From contig OZ025783.1 in assembly GCA_964019425.1 (NCBI GenBank), positions 1,302,001 to 1,366,000 on the forward strand: DNA of 64,000 nt, in the 5' to 3' direction. This DNA comes from Flectonema sp. DT1601 (Eukaryota). The translations under genes were made by a program, and so were the position numbers. Shown here in pieces: positions 21,513 through 33,187 of the stretch. Under the pieces are notes generated by a model, which saw only the letters and a list, made by a program, of their open reading frames with translations, made no database searches and had not been told where the DNA came from. Within the stretch, counting starts at the first letter, position 1; the number at the start of each line of letters is the position of its first letter.

Positions 21513-24146
21513 ATGTCTGAAGTAGAGTCTGATAAGGTTGAGAATTCAGCACAACAAGCGTATCGTACAGAGATTAAATTATTAGGTGGAAAACGACACC
21601 AAGGAATCCTCCAACATCTCTCAGAAGGCAACGCTACGTTAGTATTATCTCTAAAGAATACTTATGTTGGTGATATAGGAATTGTTTCATTATGTAATAT
21701 AATGCCTATTCACACACCTCTAATTACCGTACTTGACTTGAGAAGTAACGGATTAAGCAATGCGAGTTGTCCATCACTGTGTGATGCCTGTAGACAACTA
21801 CCCAATCTAAAAGTATTAAATGTATCGAATAATAGACTAATTACTCGACAGGGGGGTGCTAACCTCCTCTCACTCGCATCATCGCATAGTGGTTTATTAT
21901 GGGTCGGGTGTGATGAAGCAACCATTTCGAGGTATTTTTATTCTCGTATATGTAGTTTGGGAGAGATGCATATGGCGGAATTGAAGCAAACTAGTGGGGA
22001 AAAACATTCGTTTTGGAAGTCTTACATTGACAATATAGTTCAGGGAAAACTTCCAGGGACGGTGTTGCAACCTGCACCTCCACCCAGTAGTTGTTTAAAA
22101 CCAAATTCTGGAACACGAAAATGGAACAGAGCTCACCGACCGTTGTCTACACTACCGGATCAACGAGGAAGTAAAGACTCATCTCTGGATGGTGATGATA
22201 TATACGAAGAGGATGGACTGTTGTGGACTGAGTCTGGAAAAAAAAAATCAAATCCCCACCTTCCATCATCTCTATTAGGATCAATTAGTAATGACATAAC
22301 TGATTTATTTCAGTTAATTGATCTTTATAAACCAAAAACAATTGAAATACCGACACCATTTAAGTTTCCAGGAAAGATTTCGTATATTCCAGTTGCTGGA
22401 TGTCCAGATTGTATGCTGTCTCCTGATGCTCCGGGAATCCTCCCTCCGGTATCTAAAATAAAAGTTGACAGCAAATCGATGTATTGGTCTTTTATATGTT
22501 CGGCTCATCCAGAAGTGTTAAAAAAATCAACTTTGGATGTTCCTCTAAACCCGAATAGTAATCCTGAGAAAACACTTGCGAAATTACAAGCAGATATCTA
22601 CCATGCAAATATAGCACCTCCGGTCGGGTTTGTATTACCTCCGTTGATAGGAGCTGATGATGATAGTCAGTCAGCTGTGGACTCTACGACTGAATCGTCA
22701 GAACCGATTATCAAATCACATCAAGATGGTCTACAAGTAATTTCTGATAAGCGCTGTCTCGCATCTTTATACAGACCATCCGTGTTAGTTAATAAAAATA
22801 ACCCATCCGATGAATCGATACCTGACAGAGACGTTGAACAGTATTTTCAAAAACATATTTTAAATAAGAATTCAGTTTTGTTATCTGCTTCTTCAGACCC
22901 TCTAAGTAATCCAGAACTACTGGATGGATATAAACTTCACAGGATAATAAAACCAACCTTTGACGGACCAACAACAAAACCCTCAAGACTAACATCAGGT
23001 GCTCTAAGTGCTGATGGATCAATTTTAGCAACCGGTTCGTATGATAGAACAGCAAAGATGTGGGATGCGAGTACTGGTGAATTGTTATCTGTTCTTGATG
23101 GCCACGATGGATACGTTTATGATGTGATATGGAACGCTCCTCATTTTGACAGACTCATAACTGCTTCATTTGACAAAACTTGTAAAGTATGGGATGCCTC
23201 AACATGGAAATGCCTTCACACTCTCGGTAACCACGATCTAGAAGTAGTTTGTGTTTGCGTCAACAGAGACTCGACGTTGATTGCTTCTGGTTCCATGGAT
23301 CAAACTGTTATTGTATGGAATGCTTTAACTGGATCACAAGTAGCTGCAATGAACGGACACTCAGCTGAGATTGTTTGTATAGATTTCAGTCCATTTAACT
23401 CTCACCTAGTCAGCGGATCAGCAGATGAATCAATCCGTCTTTGGAATGCTTTAACAGGTGAGTGTCTATCAGTCTTTGAGGGTCATACTGGTGAAGTTTC
23501 TGCACTCAAATTTAACGTTCATGGAAATTTAATTCTGAGCTGTTCATCAGACACGACTTGTCGTCTTTGGGATGTAAATACTAAAAAGTGTAAAACTCTC
23601 AAAGGTCACTCAAAAGACGTATCTGACTGCGAATTCAGCAGCGACGGATGGCTGGTAGCCTCAGCTAGCGAAGACATGTCAGCCAGAGTATGGGATTCCT
23701 TATCAGCTGGCTGTATATCAATGGTAAAAGGTCATCAGGCGGGTATCTGTTGCGTTTCTTTCGGAAGGAACTCAACAGAATTACTGACAGGCTCTGCTGA
23801 CATGACATGTCGCAGATGGAAAGTTTCAACTGGTGAATGTCTACAAGTTCTATTTGGTCATAAAAGTGTTGTCATTTCTTCATACTGCGTCGATGAGTAT
23901 TCTATCTTGACGATATCGAAGGATAATTCTTGTCGGATATGGAGACGTGAAGACACACATTCTTTGTTAGAATTTCTACTGCACTACGCTGCAACAAATC
24001 CAAAAATTAAAAAGAAACTACTTTCTGATAAGCGAATCCCCAGCCACTTAGTTAATGAGTTGTACACGATTGAGGAGAGACTTGGAATATCTGTTTCACT
24101 TTCATCTGTTAACGCCTTGCATTATCCTCAATCTCCGTTGGAATGA
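21513..24146 (+). CDS. LRR + WD40 protein (WD40 part DAW1/ODA16-like), possible C-terminal SOCS/BC-box
   Basis: RNI-like LRRs ([27 protein letters not shown]); about 8 GH...WD repeats incl. [34 protein letters not shown]. Confidence 0.85.
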   Translation: MSEVESDKVENSAQQAYRTEIKLLGGKRHQGILQHLSEGNATLVLSLKNTYVGDIGIVSLCNIMPIHTPLITVLDLRSNGLSNASCPSLCDACRQLPNLKVLNVSNNRLITRQGGANLLSLASSHSGLLWVGCDEATISRYFYSRICSLGEMHMAELKQTSGEKHSFWKSYIDNIVQGKLPGTVLQPAPPPSSCLKPNSGTRKWNRAHRPLSTLPDQRGSKDSSLDGDDIYEEDGLLWTESGKKKSNPHLPSSLLGSISNDITDLFQLIDLYKPKTIEIPTPFKFPGKISYIPVAGCPDCMLSPDAPGILPPVSKIKVDSKSMYWSFICSAHPEVLKKSTLDVPLNPNSNPEKTLAKLQADIYHANIAPPVGFVLPPLIGADDDSQSAVDSTTESSEPIIKSHQDGLQVISDKRCLASLYRPSVLVNKNNPSDESIPDRDVEQYFQKHILNKNSVLLSASSDPLSNPELLDGYKLHRIIKPTFDGPTTKPSRLTSGALSADGSILATGSYDRTAKMWDASTGELLSVLDGHDGYVYDVIWNAPHFDRLITASFDKTCKVWDASTWKCLHTLGNHDLEVVCVCVNRDSTLIASGSMDQTVIVWNALTGSQVAAMNGHSAEIVCIDFSPFNSHLVSGSADESIRLWNALTGECLSVFEGHTGEVSALKFNVHGNLILSCSSDTTCRLWDVNTKKCKTLKGHSKDVSDCEFSSDGWLVASASEDMSARVWDSLSAGCISMVKGHQAGICCVSFGRNSTELLTGSADMTCRRWKVSTGECLQVLFGHKSVVISSYCVDEYSILTISKDNSCRIWRREDTHSLLEFLLHYAATNPKIKKKLLSDKRIPSHLVNELYTIEERLGISVSLSSVNALHYPQSPLE

Positions 24147-24170
24147 GTATTTCATTATTATTTTTTAAAT

Positions 24171-24204
<34 letters not shown>

Positions 24205-24642
24205 CCCGCAACGGAAAATTAGAAACAAACGGGGGGCACATAATTAGTTGTGTTTTATTTTTTTCAGTTTTGTTATTTTTTATTATTATGTGTTGTGGTG
24301 GTTATTTATTTTAAGTAGGTAGGCCTTTACTTAACAAAATAAATCCCTGAGTAGGCGTTAAGATAAGAATAGATTGGTCTGTTGACAAGCGAATTACCAG
24401 CCTTTTATAACACAAACTGCTTTGGATTGCTCACATCTGTTCAAGTGTTGAATATGTCGGTAGTTCTTTTTTTTTTTAAAAAAAAGGGATTTCATTATTT
24501 ATTACTTTGTTCGGTTGCCTCTTCCCTTTCCCCTGCTAATTGATATGTTCTTTTGTGATTCTTCGTTTTTTTTTTAATTATAATTCGTTCTCTTTTTTTT
24601 TTTTTCAGTATTTCTTGTAACTCTTCACAACAACTCACAACA

Positions 24643-24975
24643 ATGTCTGTCTACTCGTACCTTCCATCGACCTACGCTCTTCCATCGACGTACATCTACC
24701 CGTACTCCAGCACCACTGAGTACCTGAGCAGTGTGTACGATGCTGACTACAGAGCACGTGTTGCCAACGCTGAGGTTGCCGCCGCCAACGCCGCTGCCAG
24801 TGCTTCGATCAGACGTGCTCGTGCTGAGACCGAATTGACGATCTCCAGACTCAACACTGAGGCTTCGATTAGACGTGCCCGTGTTGCTGCTGACGCGTAC
24901 TACACTGGACCGCGTTACGCATCCACCTACTACTACGATGCTCTTGCGGGAAGCCCAAGAAGAGTTATCTACTAG
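24643..24975 (+). CDS. Small Tyr/Ala/Arg-rich protein of unknown function
   Basis: 110-aa ORF with strong codon bias (TAC, GCC/GCT, CGT), caacaATG context, internal repeats YxLPST and ASIRRAR. Confidence 0.8.
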   Translation: MSVYSYLPSTYALPSTYIYPYSSTTEYLSSVYDADYRARVANAEVAAANAAASASIRRARAETELTISRLNTEASIRRARVAADAYYTGPRYASTYYYDALAGSPRRVIY

Positions 24976-25359
24976 TTATGATGGAGGCTTATCGTCTTCA
25001 AGTATTTAGTTATTAAAAATAATATTTAGGAATTCAGATGCTTCCATACGAACATCAAAGAATTATTTCTATGACGCCTTCCCATATGAGCGTCTACTTT
25101 GTTTGTATCCTCTCTCCCATTTTGAAAACAGTGCAGTTCGCTGTTTTCAAGTTACTTGTGTTACTCCCTCGACACTTGAAGTACCCCTTCAGGTTGTTAG
25201 TTATCTGTTCCTGATTGATATATAAATGACGGGATGGTTTAGTTATTTGAGTTTGAAAAGAAGTTTTTTCAACACTTTTTTTTTTTTTAAATATTCATTT
25301 CTTTAGTCTAAATGTGTCACTTCTGGTAAGCAGAATTGACTTGACTTCTACAGGTTTCT

Positions 25360-26709
25360 ATGAGGGAATCTCATAAAACATGGAGTGTCGTAATTATAGT
25401 CCTATCGACGGTATGCGGCATTGGCGTATTGTTGTCACATGAATGCGTCGGAAGCGACATTGAGAGATCGGCACTACAAAAACTGAAATCCATTTACGTA
25501 GGAAATCACGCTATAAATAACACCAACGAGAATCATAAATCGACAGAAACGAAAACATTTAAACATATGAGAATACCACCAATGAATAGACGACTGGAAC
25601 CACCTCCTCCACTTAAAAAAAACTTTACATGCATGGTTGTGATGGCTGATAGTATTGCCAAAAGTGGAAAATTTAAATATCCCCAACACCTTGAAAAAAC
25701 ATTACAAGAATTTGGCTATAAAGGTACTATATTAACAAATGCAAGGCCAGGTCAAGGTATAACTGATTGGTTGGCAACTGACCTGATGGATGTTTTATTA
25801 TCTTCATTTAATGATAATAATTGTACTGCTATCCTTGTTCAGCTTGGGTTGAATGATGGGCTACGAGGTGGATCAGTCGGTAATGCTCTGTCACTCCAAA
25901 GAATACTTATATCAGATATACGTAACCACGTACCCCGAGACACAACAATCATAATATCAACGCTACCAGTCGTGTCTAGTGATGTATTGCCAGGCTCATG
26001 GATGAATGAAGCAAATATTGGTATTTCTGAAATAGCTATCATCAATAGGTGTATCGTCGCAGACTTATATAGAAGTCTGATGGATGCTTTCAAATCATCA
26101 GGGGAGTCTAATTGGAACAAACTACTTGCTGATGGAGTTCACCCAACCCCGTTGGGTGTTCATATAATCTCAAATACGTTTGCTAGTGCTGTGATGTTTG
26201 GTCATCATCATTATTCAGTTTCTATTTTTTGTGGTGATAGAATCTATTGGGGAGGGTTTCAATTTATTCCAAAGTGGAATGTAGATGGATGTATGACAAA
26301 TGAACCGATAGTGATCTCTCTTGGTAATGGTTCTCTTATTCATTTCATAACGTCAGTTGAAATAGTTGTCTCTCCTTCGTGGAACACACCCTATGCTAGA
26401 TTTCCTGAATATGGAAAGTACTACATTCACACCACATCATCAACTGGTAATGTCACCCATACTAAATTTCAAAGCCCCATGGGAGGTCCTGAGCTGTACT
26501 GGACCCTTCCTGCTGGTACAAAATCAGTTGAAGTAACATTTCGTAAACCTTTTCCGAAAGCATCTAACTATGGAAATCGTCTTTTGCCGGTTCTTGGTGG
26601 AGGTCCGCAGCCGGAATACCCTGTTGACCCAAAGAGAGATGCTTCAATAATAAAGGAATTAACAAGCAAAGATGTTAGATTCAACCCTTTGCCTACACCG
26701 CCACCATAG
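25360..26709 (+). CDS. Membrane-anchored SGNH/GDSL hydrolase
   Basis: N-terminal hydrophobic anchor; blocks ADSI, NARPGQG, LGLND, DGVHP. Confidence 0.8.
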   Translation: MRESHKTWSVVIIVLSTVCGIGVLLSHECVGSDIERSALQKLKSIYVGNHAINNTNENHKSTETKTFKHMRIPPMNRRLEPPPPLKKNFTCMVVMADSIAKSGKFKYPQHLEKTLQEFGYKGTILTNARPGQGITDWLATDLMDVLLSSFNDNNCTAILVQLGLNDGLRGGSVGNALSLQRILISDIRNHVPRDTTIIISTLPVVSSDVLPGSWMNEANIGISEIAIINRCIVADLYRSLMDAFKSSGESNWNKLLADGVHPTPLGVHIISNTFASAVMFGHHHYSVSIFCGDRIYWGGFQFIPKWNVDGCMTNEPIVISLGNGSLIHFITSVEIVVSPSWNTPYARFPEYGKYYIHTTSSTGNVTHTKFQSPMGGPELYWTLPAGTKSVEVTFRKPFPKASNYGNRLLPVLGGGPQPEYPVDPKRDASIIKELTSKDVRFNPLPTPPP

Positions 26710-27574
26710 ATGATCTGAACCATGTAAAGGGAAATATTCTTGAGGGGAAAATATCCGTGAGAATTTCATTTCTAGTTTATATGTGCGGGTCCAGCACTCC
26801 TGCGCAGTTATGACCTAAACCCGATTGTCATTTTACCTGATCATTTCTTGGTACTTTTTTAAGCTTTCGGTAAGCCCACAGTACAATTATAATGCTGTAG
26901 ACAGCTGAGGGTGAACGATCCTCGATATTGGTCTGGGTTTTCTATTTTCTTTCGTGATGTTGCATACATGGTTGTTTTACAAAGAAATATGTTGTATATG
27001 AAATATGAAAAAGATTTTTTTATTTTTTTTGACGTTCCCCCCATACCTTTCTATTCGTCAGAGGATTTTCGATGTATAGAAATGGAATGGAGATAAAAAG
27101 CGGGCAGGTCGTTCAACCATCTGAATAATATTTAGACAAAGCCACTCTTCTTACGTTGAAGTAGTGTGCTTTACCGAACCAGCCTCGTGCTGTTTTTCTG
27201 TGTGCCATTTAACATTTTTAAACTATACCTAACTATTTTGAATGGGGATTTATTTAAACAAAAAGAAAGATGTAAGGCTTCAGGGGCCATTAGGAGCTCA
27301 ACCTTGGTCTGGCGACAAGGTGGGAGCTGCTCGAAAACCTGTTTCTGGAAACATTCTTGAGGGTAAAAGTCCGTGAGATTATTTTTTTTCAGCTAAATCC
27401 GGGAGAATATTTCCGTTTACAGCAAATAATTATTTTATTTATTTATTTTGTATTCTCTAACTTCTCAATTTAAAACCGTAACTTCCTTTTTGCTTTTTGT
27501 TTTGTTTTTGCTTAACTATTATTATTTCTTATCAAAAAAAAAAAAAAAAAAAAAAAAAAAGAAGGACGGAGCAC

Positions 27575-28591
27575 ATGGTTGAGGAACAGAGCCGACCCAA
27601 AAATCGTTTGAGCCATGCGATTGAGAAAATAGCAGCTGTGAATCCCTTTGTTGGGAGATGTGTTCCAGAAGTTGATGTGCCTTCAAAACCAAAAATCATG
27701 TCGAAGATGCCTGTTGAACATCAGATTAGAAGCATTCAGAAATACATTAACCAATTGCAGTATAATTTCTTGCCTTGCACGTTTTTTAATCTTGACAAGT
27801 ACAGGGCTTTATTTCGTATTATGGATACGGCCAGAGATATAGTTCGTGAATCACTCCCCATACGTTGTCTTGAAGCAACATATGTCTCTCTGTACTTTAC
27901 TCAGGGGATGAACGTTGACAGGATCCCTATTACATTTAAGACACTTTTTCAAAAACAAGTTTGTTGGCATATCGTACTGGCAGTCAGATCTGAAGATCGA
28001 TGGGGAGCACTCGGACTTAGTAGAAAAGACGACTTGATGTACAAGAAATACGGATCACCATCCCTACCTAGCCTTCTTAAAGACTATGAAGCAGCTTATA
28101 TAAATCACGGTCACGAACTAACATGTATTAAATTGGGATTGCCTGTGTCTCACAGTAGTACATCACAAGCAATGCCTTATTGGAGGTTTCTTTCATTGAA
28201 TTTCCGAGTCACAGCAGTTGCTCGGGAGGAACTTTTTCTCACAGTTGAGAAATTTGCTGATATGGCAACACGTCTGGCATCAGAGTATGAGAAACTGCCT
28301 TTGAATACTCGTGAAAAACGAAAGAAAAAACGAAGAAAAACCAAATGCGACATCGCAGCAATTAGCCCTTCTCGTAAGTTAAGAGAGAAAAAAGCAACTG
28401 GCTCTGATTCTGATGGCTCTGTGTCTTCAGAAAGTGAAGAGGAAGTTGGAGGTACTTATGAAGAAGATAACGATGATTCTCACGATGAGGATGCGAATAG
28501 AGAACGAATCAAATCAATAATTGCTGGTAGATCTCCTTTCAGAAGAAATCAATTTAATTCTCCTTTAAAATCCGTACCTCGAAAAGTGTAA
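27575..28591 (+). CDS. VASH: Vasohibin-family tubulin detyrosinase
   Basis: IQKYINQLQYN, ESLPIRCLEA (Cys), WHIVL (His), GALGLSR (Ser), LMYK. Confidence 0.92.
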   Translation: MVEEQSRPKNRLSHAIEKIAAVNPFVGRCVPEVDVPSKPKIMSKMPVEHQIRSIQKYINQLQYNFLPCTFFNLDKYRALFRIMDTARDIVRESLPIRCLEATYVSLYFTQGMNVDRIPITFKTLFQKQVCWHIVLAVRSEDRWGALGLSRKDDLMYKKYGSPSLPSLLKDYEAAYINHGHELTCIKLGLPVSHSSTSQAMPYWRFLSLNFRVTAVAREELFLTVEKFADMATRLASEYEKLPLNTREKRKKKRRKTKCDIAAISPSRKLREKKATGSDSDGSVSSESEEEVGGTYEEDNDDSHDEDANRERIKSIIAGRSPFRRNQFNSPLKSVPRKV

Positions 28592-28893
28592 AACAGCTTT
28601 CTTAAGAAAGGTTTTCTTTAACCCTCTAAACATCGGTTGTATCTGTTACGTTGTGTTGTTATAAAAAATTGATTTTAGCGGAGTAGGGCTTTCGCCCCAA
28701 AAGCACTCCTTTAGTTCAAACCTTCCTTGTGATTTATGGTATCTATTTGTTTAGTATAATAAACTTATTATCTTAACTGCTTACAGAGAGGAATCCTAGA
28801 TGGGTACGTGACACGTTGGTGGTATTGGGAATCATCGATTTTTCTTTTTTTTCTGAGACAAAGAAAAAAAAAAAAAAAAAAGATAAATAGGAA

Positions 28894-31603
28894 ATGAGGT
28901 ATGGAAAACACCGAAAGAAGAAAAATGGGTTTTCATCGTCCACCGACAAGTTTCCAGAAATTATAACAAAAAGAGGACAGAAGCCGTCTTCGGGAGTTGC
29001 TTTTGAGGGAAGTTTTTTAGAACCGAGGCCTCCGGCGTTTCCACCTGTAGTGATGGGAAATATGAGCATATCTAGCAACTCAGTGAGAGGAAGACGGAGT
29101 CCACAGTCACTGAAAGGAAGCATCCAACAATCACAATCACCAAAGGAACAGTTACGAATGCCGCCTGTTAAATCTTTTCAAAGAGTAGACGACATGGATG
29201 AATTTAATACTCCTCGAGAGGTTTCAAAGGAAGTCTCTGTCGTTGAAAAACGGATTGCCGCCCTTCGAACAAAATGCATAACTGACAAAGACGGTCGATT
29301 AATAAAAAAACAAAACCTTCCTGGAATACCAAACGTCGTTCACACTCTATTTTATAAAATGCTTTGTAAGGAAACTTGTCTTTTTAAAGAACTACAAAAA
29401 CACTCATTAACAGAATTAGAACGTCGATTGAATGATATTCTCGGAAACAATTGGATAAGTAGAGAACAATTTCCAGACGTATTAGTGATGTTAATAGATT
29501 CGAATGTGAGAATATCTAAACACGATTCAAATACTCTATTTGACGTTATTGACGTTGATGGCAACGGTGACGTTGGAGTAGCTGAGATCAGCAACGCTCT
29601 GATGGTCCTACTCGCAGATGATCGACATGCGTTCCTTCAACGGTGTCGCAATATCATATCAGTTCGTACAAGTTCTGCCTCAAATCTGGTTTACTTATCA
29701 CGTTATGAATTGTTGTTGCTTGCCGAGTCTCTTATTCACGTTTATCAAAATGATAGTGATTTTCCACTTATCGAAAAAGAAATTAATAAAATGCTTTCAG
29801 CGTTTTCGTTTAATCTACGAGGAAGGATCCAACTCAAGTTGTTTCAGCAATATATTGAAGGTAAGTTTTTTTTTTTTTAGTTTTTTTTTTCTTTTCTTTC
29901 AAACTAATATCATCCGCAGTGTCCCTCCCTTGCATTCTTCGCTGAAGAGGGCTGGGTAAGGGGAATGGTCCGAAGAAAAATTGTTTTTAATCTTAGCCCG
30001 AAACCAACTTGTTTGTTGTCCTACGAAATTTTGCTTTTTTTTGATTGAACTGATAATTATTAATACTAACTTATCTCAAGCTACCTCCGAGTCAACTGAA
30101 CTCGGGTATTCCGAAACATGTTTTAATGGCACAAAAGAGACGTAGCCCAAATTATTTATTCTTTCATTCTCTTCCTTTGCCAAAGAATAAACCTTTGTCT
30201 GTTGCCAGATTCTCTTTCTTCGAAAATTGTAAACGGCACATTCTGTGCTTTCGATTCGGTATTTCCGAAAGGGATTGCTATCTTACAATCCACCAACTTC
30301 TTCGCATGTTCTTTCGACAATTCTGAAAATCTCCTTTTTTTAATTTCTTTTTCTTTTTTATTAACTAAATGATAACCGAAGGTCATGGACCATACATGCT
30401 CGAATCGGTCTCGTATTTCCTTTCTCGAGACTTAACCGTATCCAGATCCATCTGTGACACTTCTGCTACATGCAAAGGAGCTCTTCGCTCCTCAGGAGTC
30501 GACGGGATGCGCGTACTCTTGCTTCTGTGTGTAAACTGCGCACCCATCTTCCTTATGCATCTTAAAGGTGAATCGTCACTCGAGCTGTCTGCAACGCCCT
30601 TGCCATCGCGATTGGATTTCCACCGTACCTGATGGTCGTGTTCGAGATGATGGAGGAGCTGACACTGTGTTTGACAAGTCGACTTATCAGGTCCTCCTTG
30701 ATGTCTTCCCCATTTGCCAGCTTCTCATCGGTTTGCGAACTTACTGATGAAGGCCAAAAAGGAGACTAAACGTAGTATGATAAGCTACGTTTTGTACAAG
30801 TGTTATACAGAACAGTAGTATCATGTGATACTACCAAACTAATATAAATCAGAACATGACGAGTTACGAGATCTTATGTACGATGCTACGGATGTCGCTG
30901 CTTCGCAAAATGAATTTAATCAACTAACGATATTTGAAAAGGCAGCTGGTGAAGATGATCAGGTATGTTTGTGTAAGTAAACAGTGAATGATCGATACAA
31001 ACTAACAGTCAAAAAAAACAGGAACGTCATTTTATGTCTCGACGACAAGAACAGATAAAGCAATCAAGAACAGCTGATGCTTTCTTATTGGACGACCAGG
31101 TACTACAAAATGAAGTAACATTACCATCAGATATGAGAGAGACTACGGAAGCATTACGGAATAGTCTTTACGCAAAGTGTTATTTATTAGAAGAAGGTAA
31201 AGATGGAAGTTGTTTAGTTGAATGGGTCGAAGACGGAGGCATTAGCACTGTTCAAAAAGACTGCATCAAACACCCAGAAGACTTCGCTAAGGCACTCACT
31301 AATGATGTTATGAAAAGGTTTGTTAACGCTGGAGTAATCCAAGAACGGAAAAGAAAAATTTCAACTTTTCGAAAGCACAAATTAACTCCTGTGGCACCTT
31401 TAAAGGAAAGGATACTTGCTGCTGCTTTACAGAAGAGTGGTAATGTATATTTTGAGTCAACGGTGGAAGAGACAAAAGGAAAACGACGAAACTGGGGTAA
31501 CGCTGTCAAAGCTGCGAGACGATTCCAGGGCATTAGTATTCCGCAGGGACCTAGAAGTTCTATTGCTCTGGTCAAAAAACTGAGACGACCTACCATCTCT
31601 TAG
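28894..31603 (+). CDS. EF-hand protein, 3 exons (28894-29860, 30853-30962, 31022-31603)
   Basis: EF-hand DVDGNGDVGVAE. Introns gtaagt..aaatcag (29861-30852) and gtatgt..ctaac..aaacag (30963-31021) keep the frame: YIE-EHDELRDLM...GEDDQ-ERHFMSRRQ. Confidence 0.8.
29935..30070. repeat. Dispersed repeat B, copy 2 (intronic)
   Basis: Matches 1770-1905. Confidence 0.75.
30385..30740 (-). mobile_element. Probable decayed retroelement fragment inside intron
   Basis: GC-richer island; frame-broken minus-strand translation includes PLHVAEVSQMDLDTVKSR, reminiscent (from memory) of kinetoplastid TATE/VIPER-type element proteins. Confidence 0.3.
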
Positions 31604-32027
31604 CTGTGAGCGTGTAACGAAAATTGCGTCCTCCTACCTAACTCTAAACCTCTTTAATCATTTACACTCATCTCGTTTATTCGGTGGAGTTATTTACACT
31701 GATGTGTTTCTAAGTCCACAATAACAAAGAATATTGGCAGCACTTTAGCTTTATCAGTTTAAGTTAAAGCCGATTCTTTTTTTTTCTCCCCCCCCTTTCT
31801 TTTTTCTTTTTCCTCCCTACCTAACAGCACATCGTTAGGTGTTATTTCTCTTTGCCTTTTCTAAGGCAAAATTGTGTTTTATGTTTTCGGATTCTGTAAT
31901 TTGCTTTTTGTCAAAGACACAAGGTAATCTTCAGCGCAATTAATTTTATCTTCTTTCATTCAGAACCTTCATCATAATCAAGTAAAAAAAATATAAAAGA
32001 AAAAAAAAAAAAAAAAAAAAAAACGAA

Positions 32028-32597
32028 ATGACCAAATCAAAATGCTTGTTGGCTCCAATTGCTGGACTTCTCGATTTCATGTGTGACAATAACACTGGAG
32101 AAGTATTTTATTGTGATGTTGCTTGCAGAGTGTTCAATGGAAGGATTGACATGGCAATTCAAGATTATATTCATCGGCTGTGCAGATACAGTGAGTGTTC
32201 AAAAGAAGTGATTTGTTACATGTTTTTATTATTAGGAAATGCGACGATGAACAAGTTAACAATAACTCACAGGAATGTTCACAAACTTGTACTGACTAGT
32301 TTTGTTATTTCATGTAAGTTACGAGATGACAACTATAAGTCGAATGCCTTTTATGCTGAGGTAGGAGGGGTCTCATTGGAAACCCTTAATGAAATGGAAT
32401 TATTGTTTCTGGACACTCTTCTTAAATGGGAACTTGCTGTTCTTCGTAGTGATGTCGATCTGTTGATCTCGAGGGTTGAGTTAACTTATTCGAAAATAAG
32501 ACTCTCACATCTCAAAAAAGATTCAAAGCAAACCCGCGAACAACAATCGCTGCTTAAGCAAAATGAAATCCCAGTCGAAACTGTTCCCTCTGTGTGA
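32028..32597 (+). CDS. PHO80/cyclin-P/U type cyclin
   Basis: IQDYIHRLCRYSECSKE, NVHKLVLTSFVISCKLRDD, NAFYAEVGGVSLETLNEMELLFL. Confidence 0.92.
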   Translation: MTKSKCLLAPIAGLLDFMCDNNTGEVFYCDVACRVFNGRIDMAIQDYIHRLCRYSECSKEVICYMFLLLGNATMNKLTITHRNVHKLVLTSFVISCKLRDDNYKSNAFYAEVGGVSLETLNEMELLFLDTLLKWELAVLRSDVDLLISRVELTYSKIRLSHLKKDSKQTREQQSLLKQNEIPVETVPSV

Positions 32598-33156
32598 TTC
32601 ATTCTGCAAACGGATTTTTTTTGCAGTTAAATTATTTTTTTGAGAAAACAAAAAAAAAAAACGAGAGGTGCGAAAGACAGCCCTCTAATTTCCCATTCCC
32701 CGCAATTTGCCGTTGTTCCCTGTTGTGCCTATTCGTTTTTTTTTTCTCTCTCTTTTTTTTTCTCTCGTTTTCCCTCTCCGTTTTCCTTCTTTTTCTGTCT
32801 CTCTCATTTTCTATATTTTTGAGAGTCGAGGGGAAAAAAAAAAAAAAAAAAAATTCCCCAATTCTTGCTTTCCACCAATGGTGCAATACTGAAAGTATTT
32901 TTTACCGTCTTTATTTTTTTTGTTTCCATCCGTGTCTTGTTAAACAAAGCACCACATGGATGGAAGGATAGTTTGATGTGAGTTATCGAAGCAGCGAGCG
33001 TTAGCATTCGAACTAGAGATGTATTGATTGGCATCGTAGATCATGCCGTATTTGTTTTCTTCCCTGTTGAGCTATTGTACTTTGCCTGTTTATGACTTCA
33101 TACGTAGTAGTAGTCTCTGTTCCTTATTTTAAATGTTTGTGTTGCATCATTTATCT

Positions 33157-33187
<31 letters not shown>

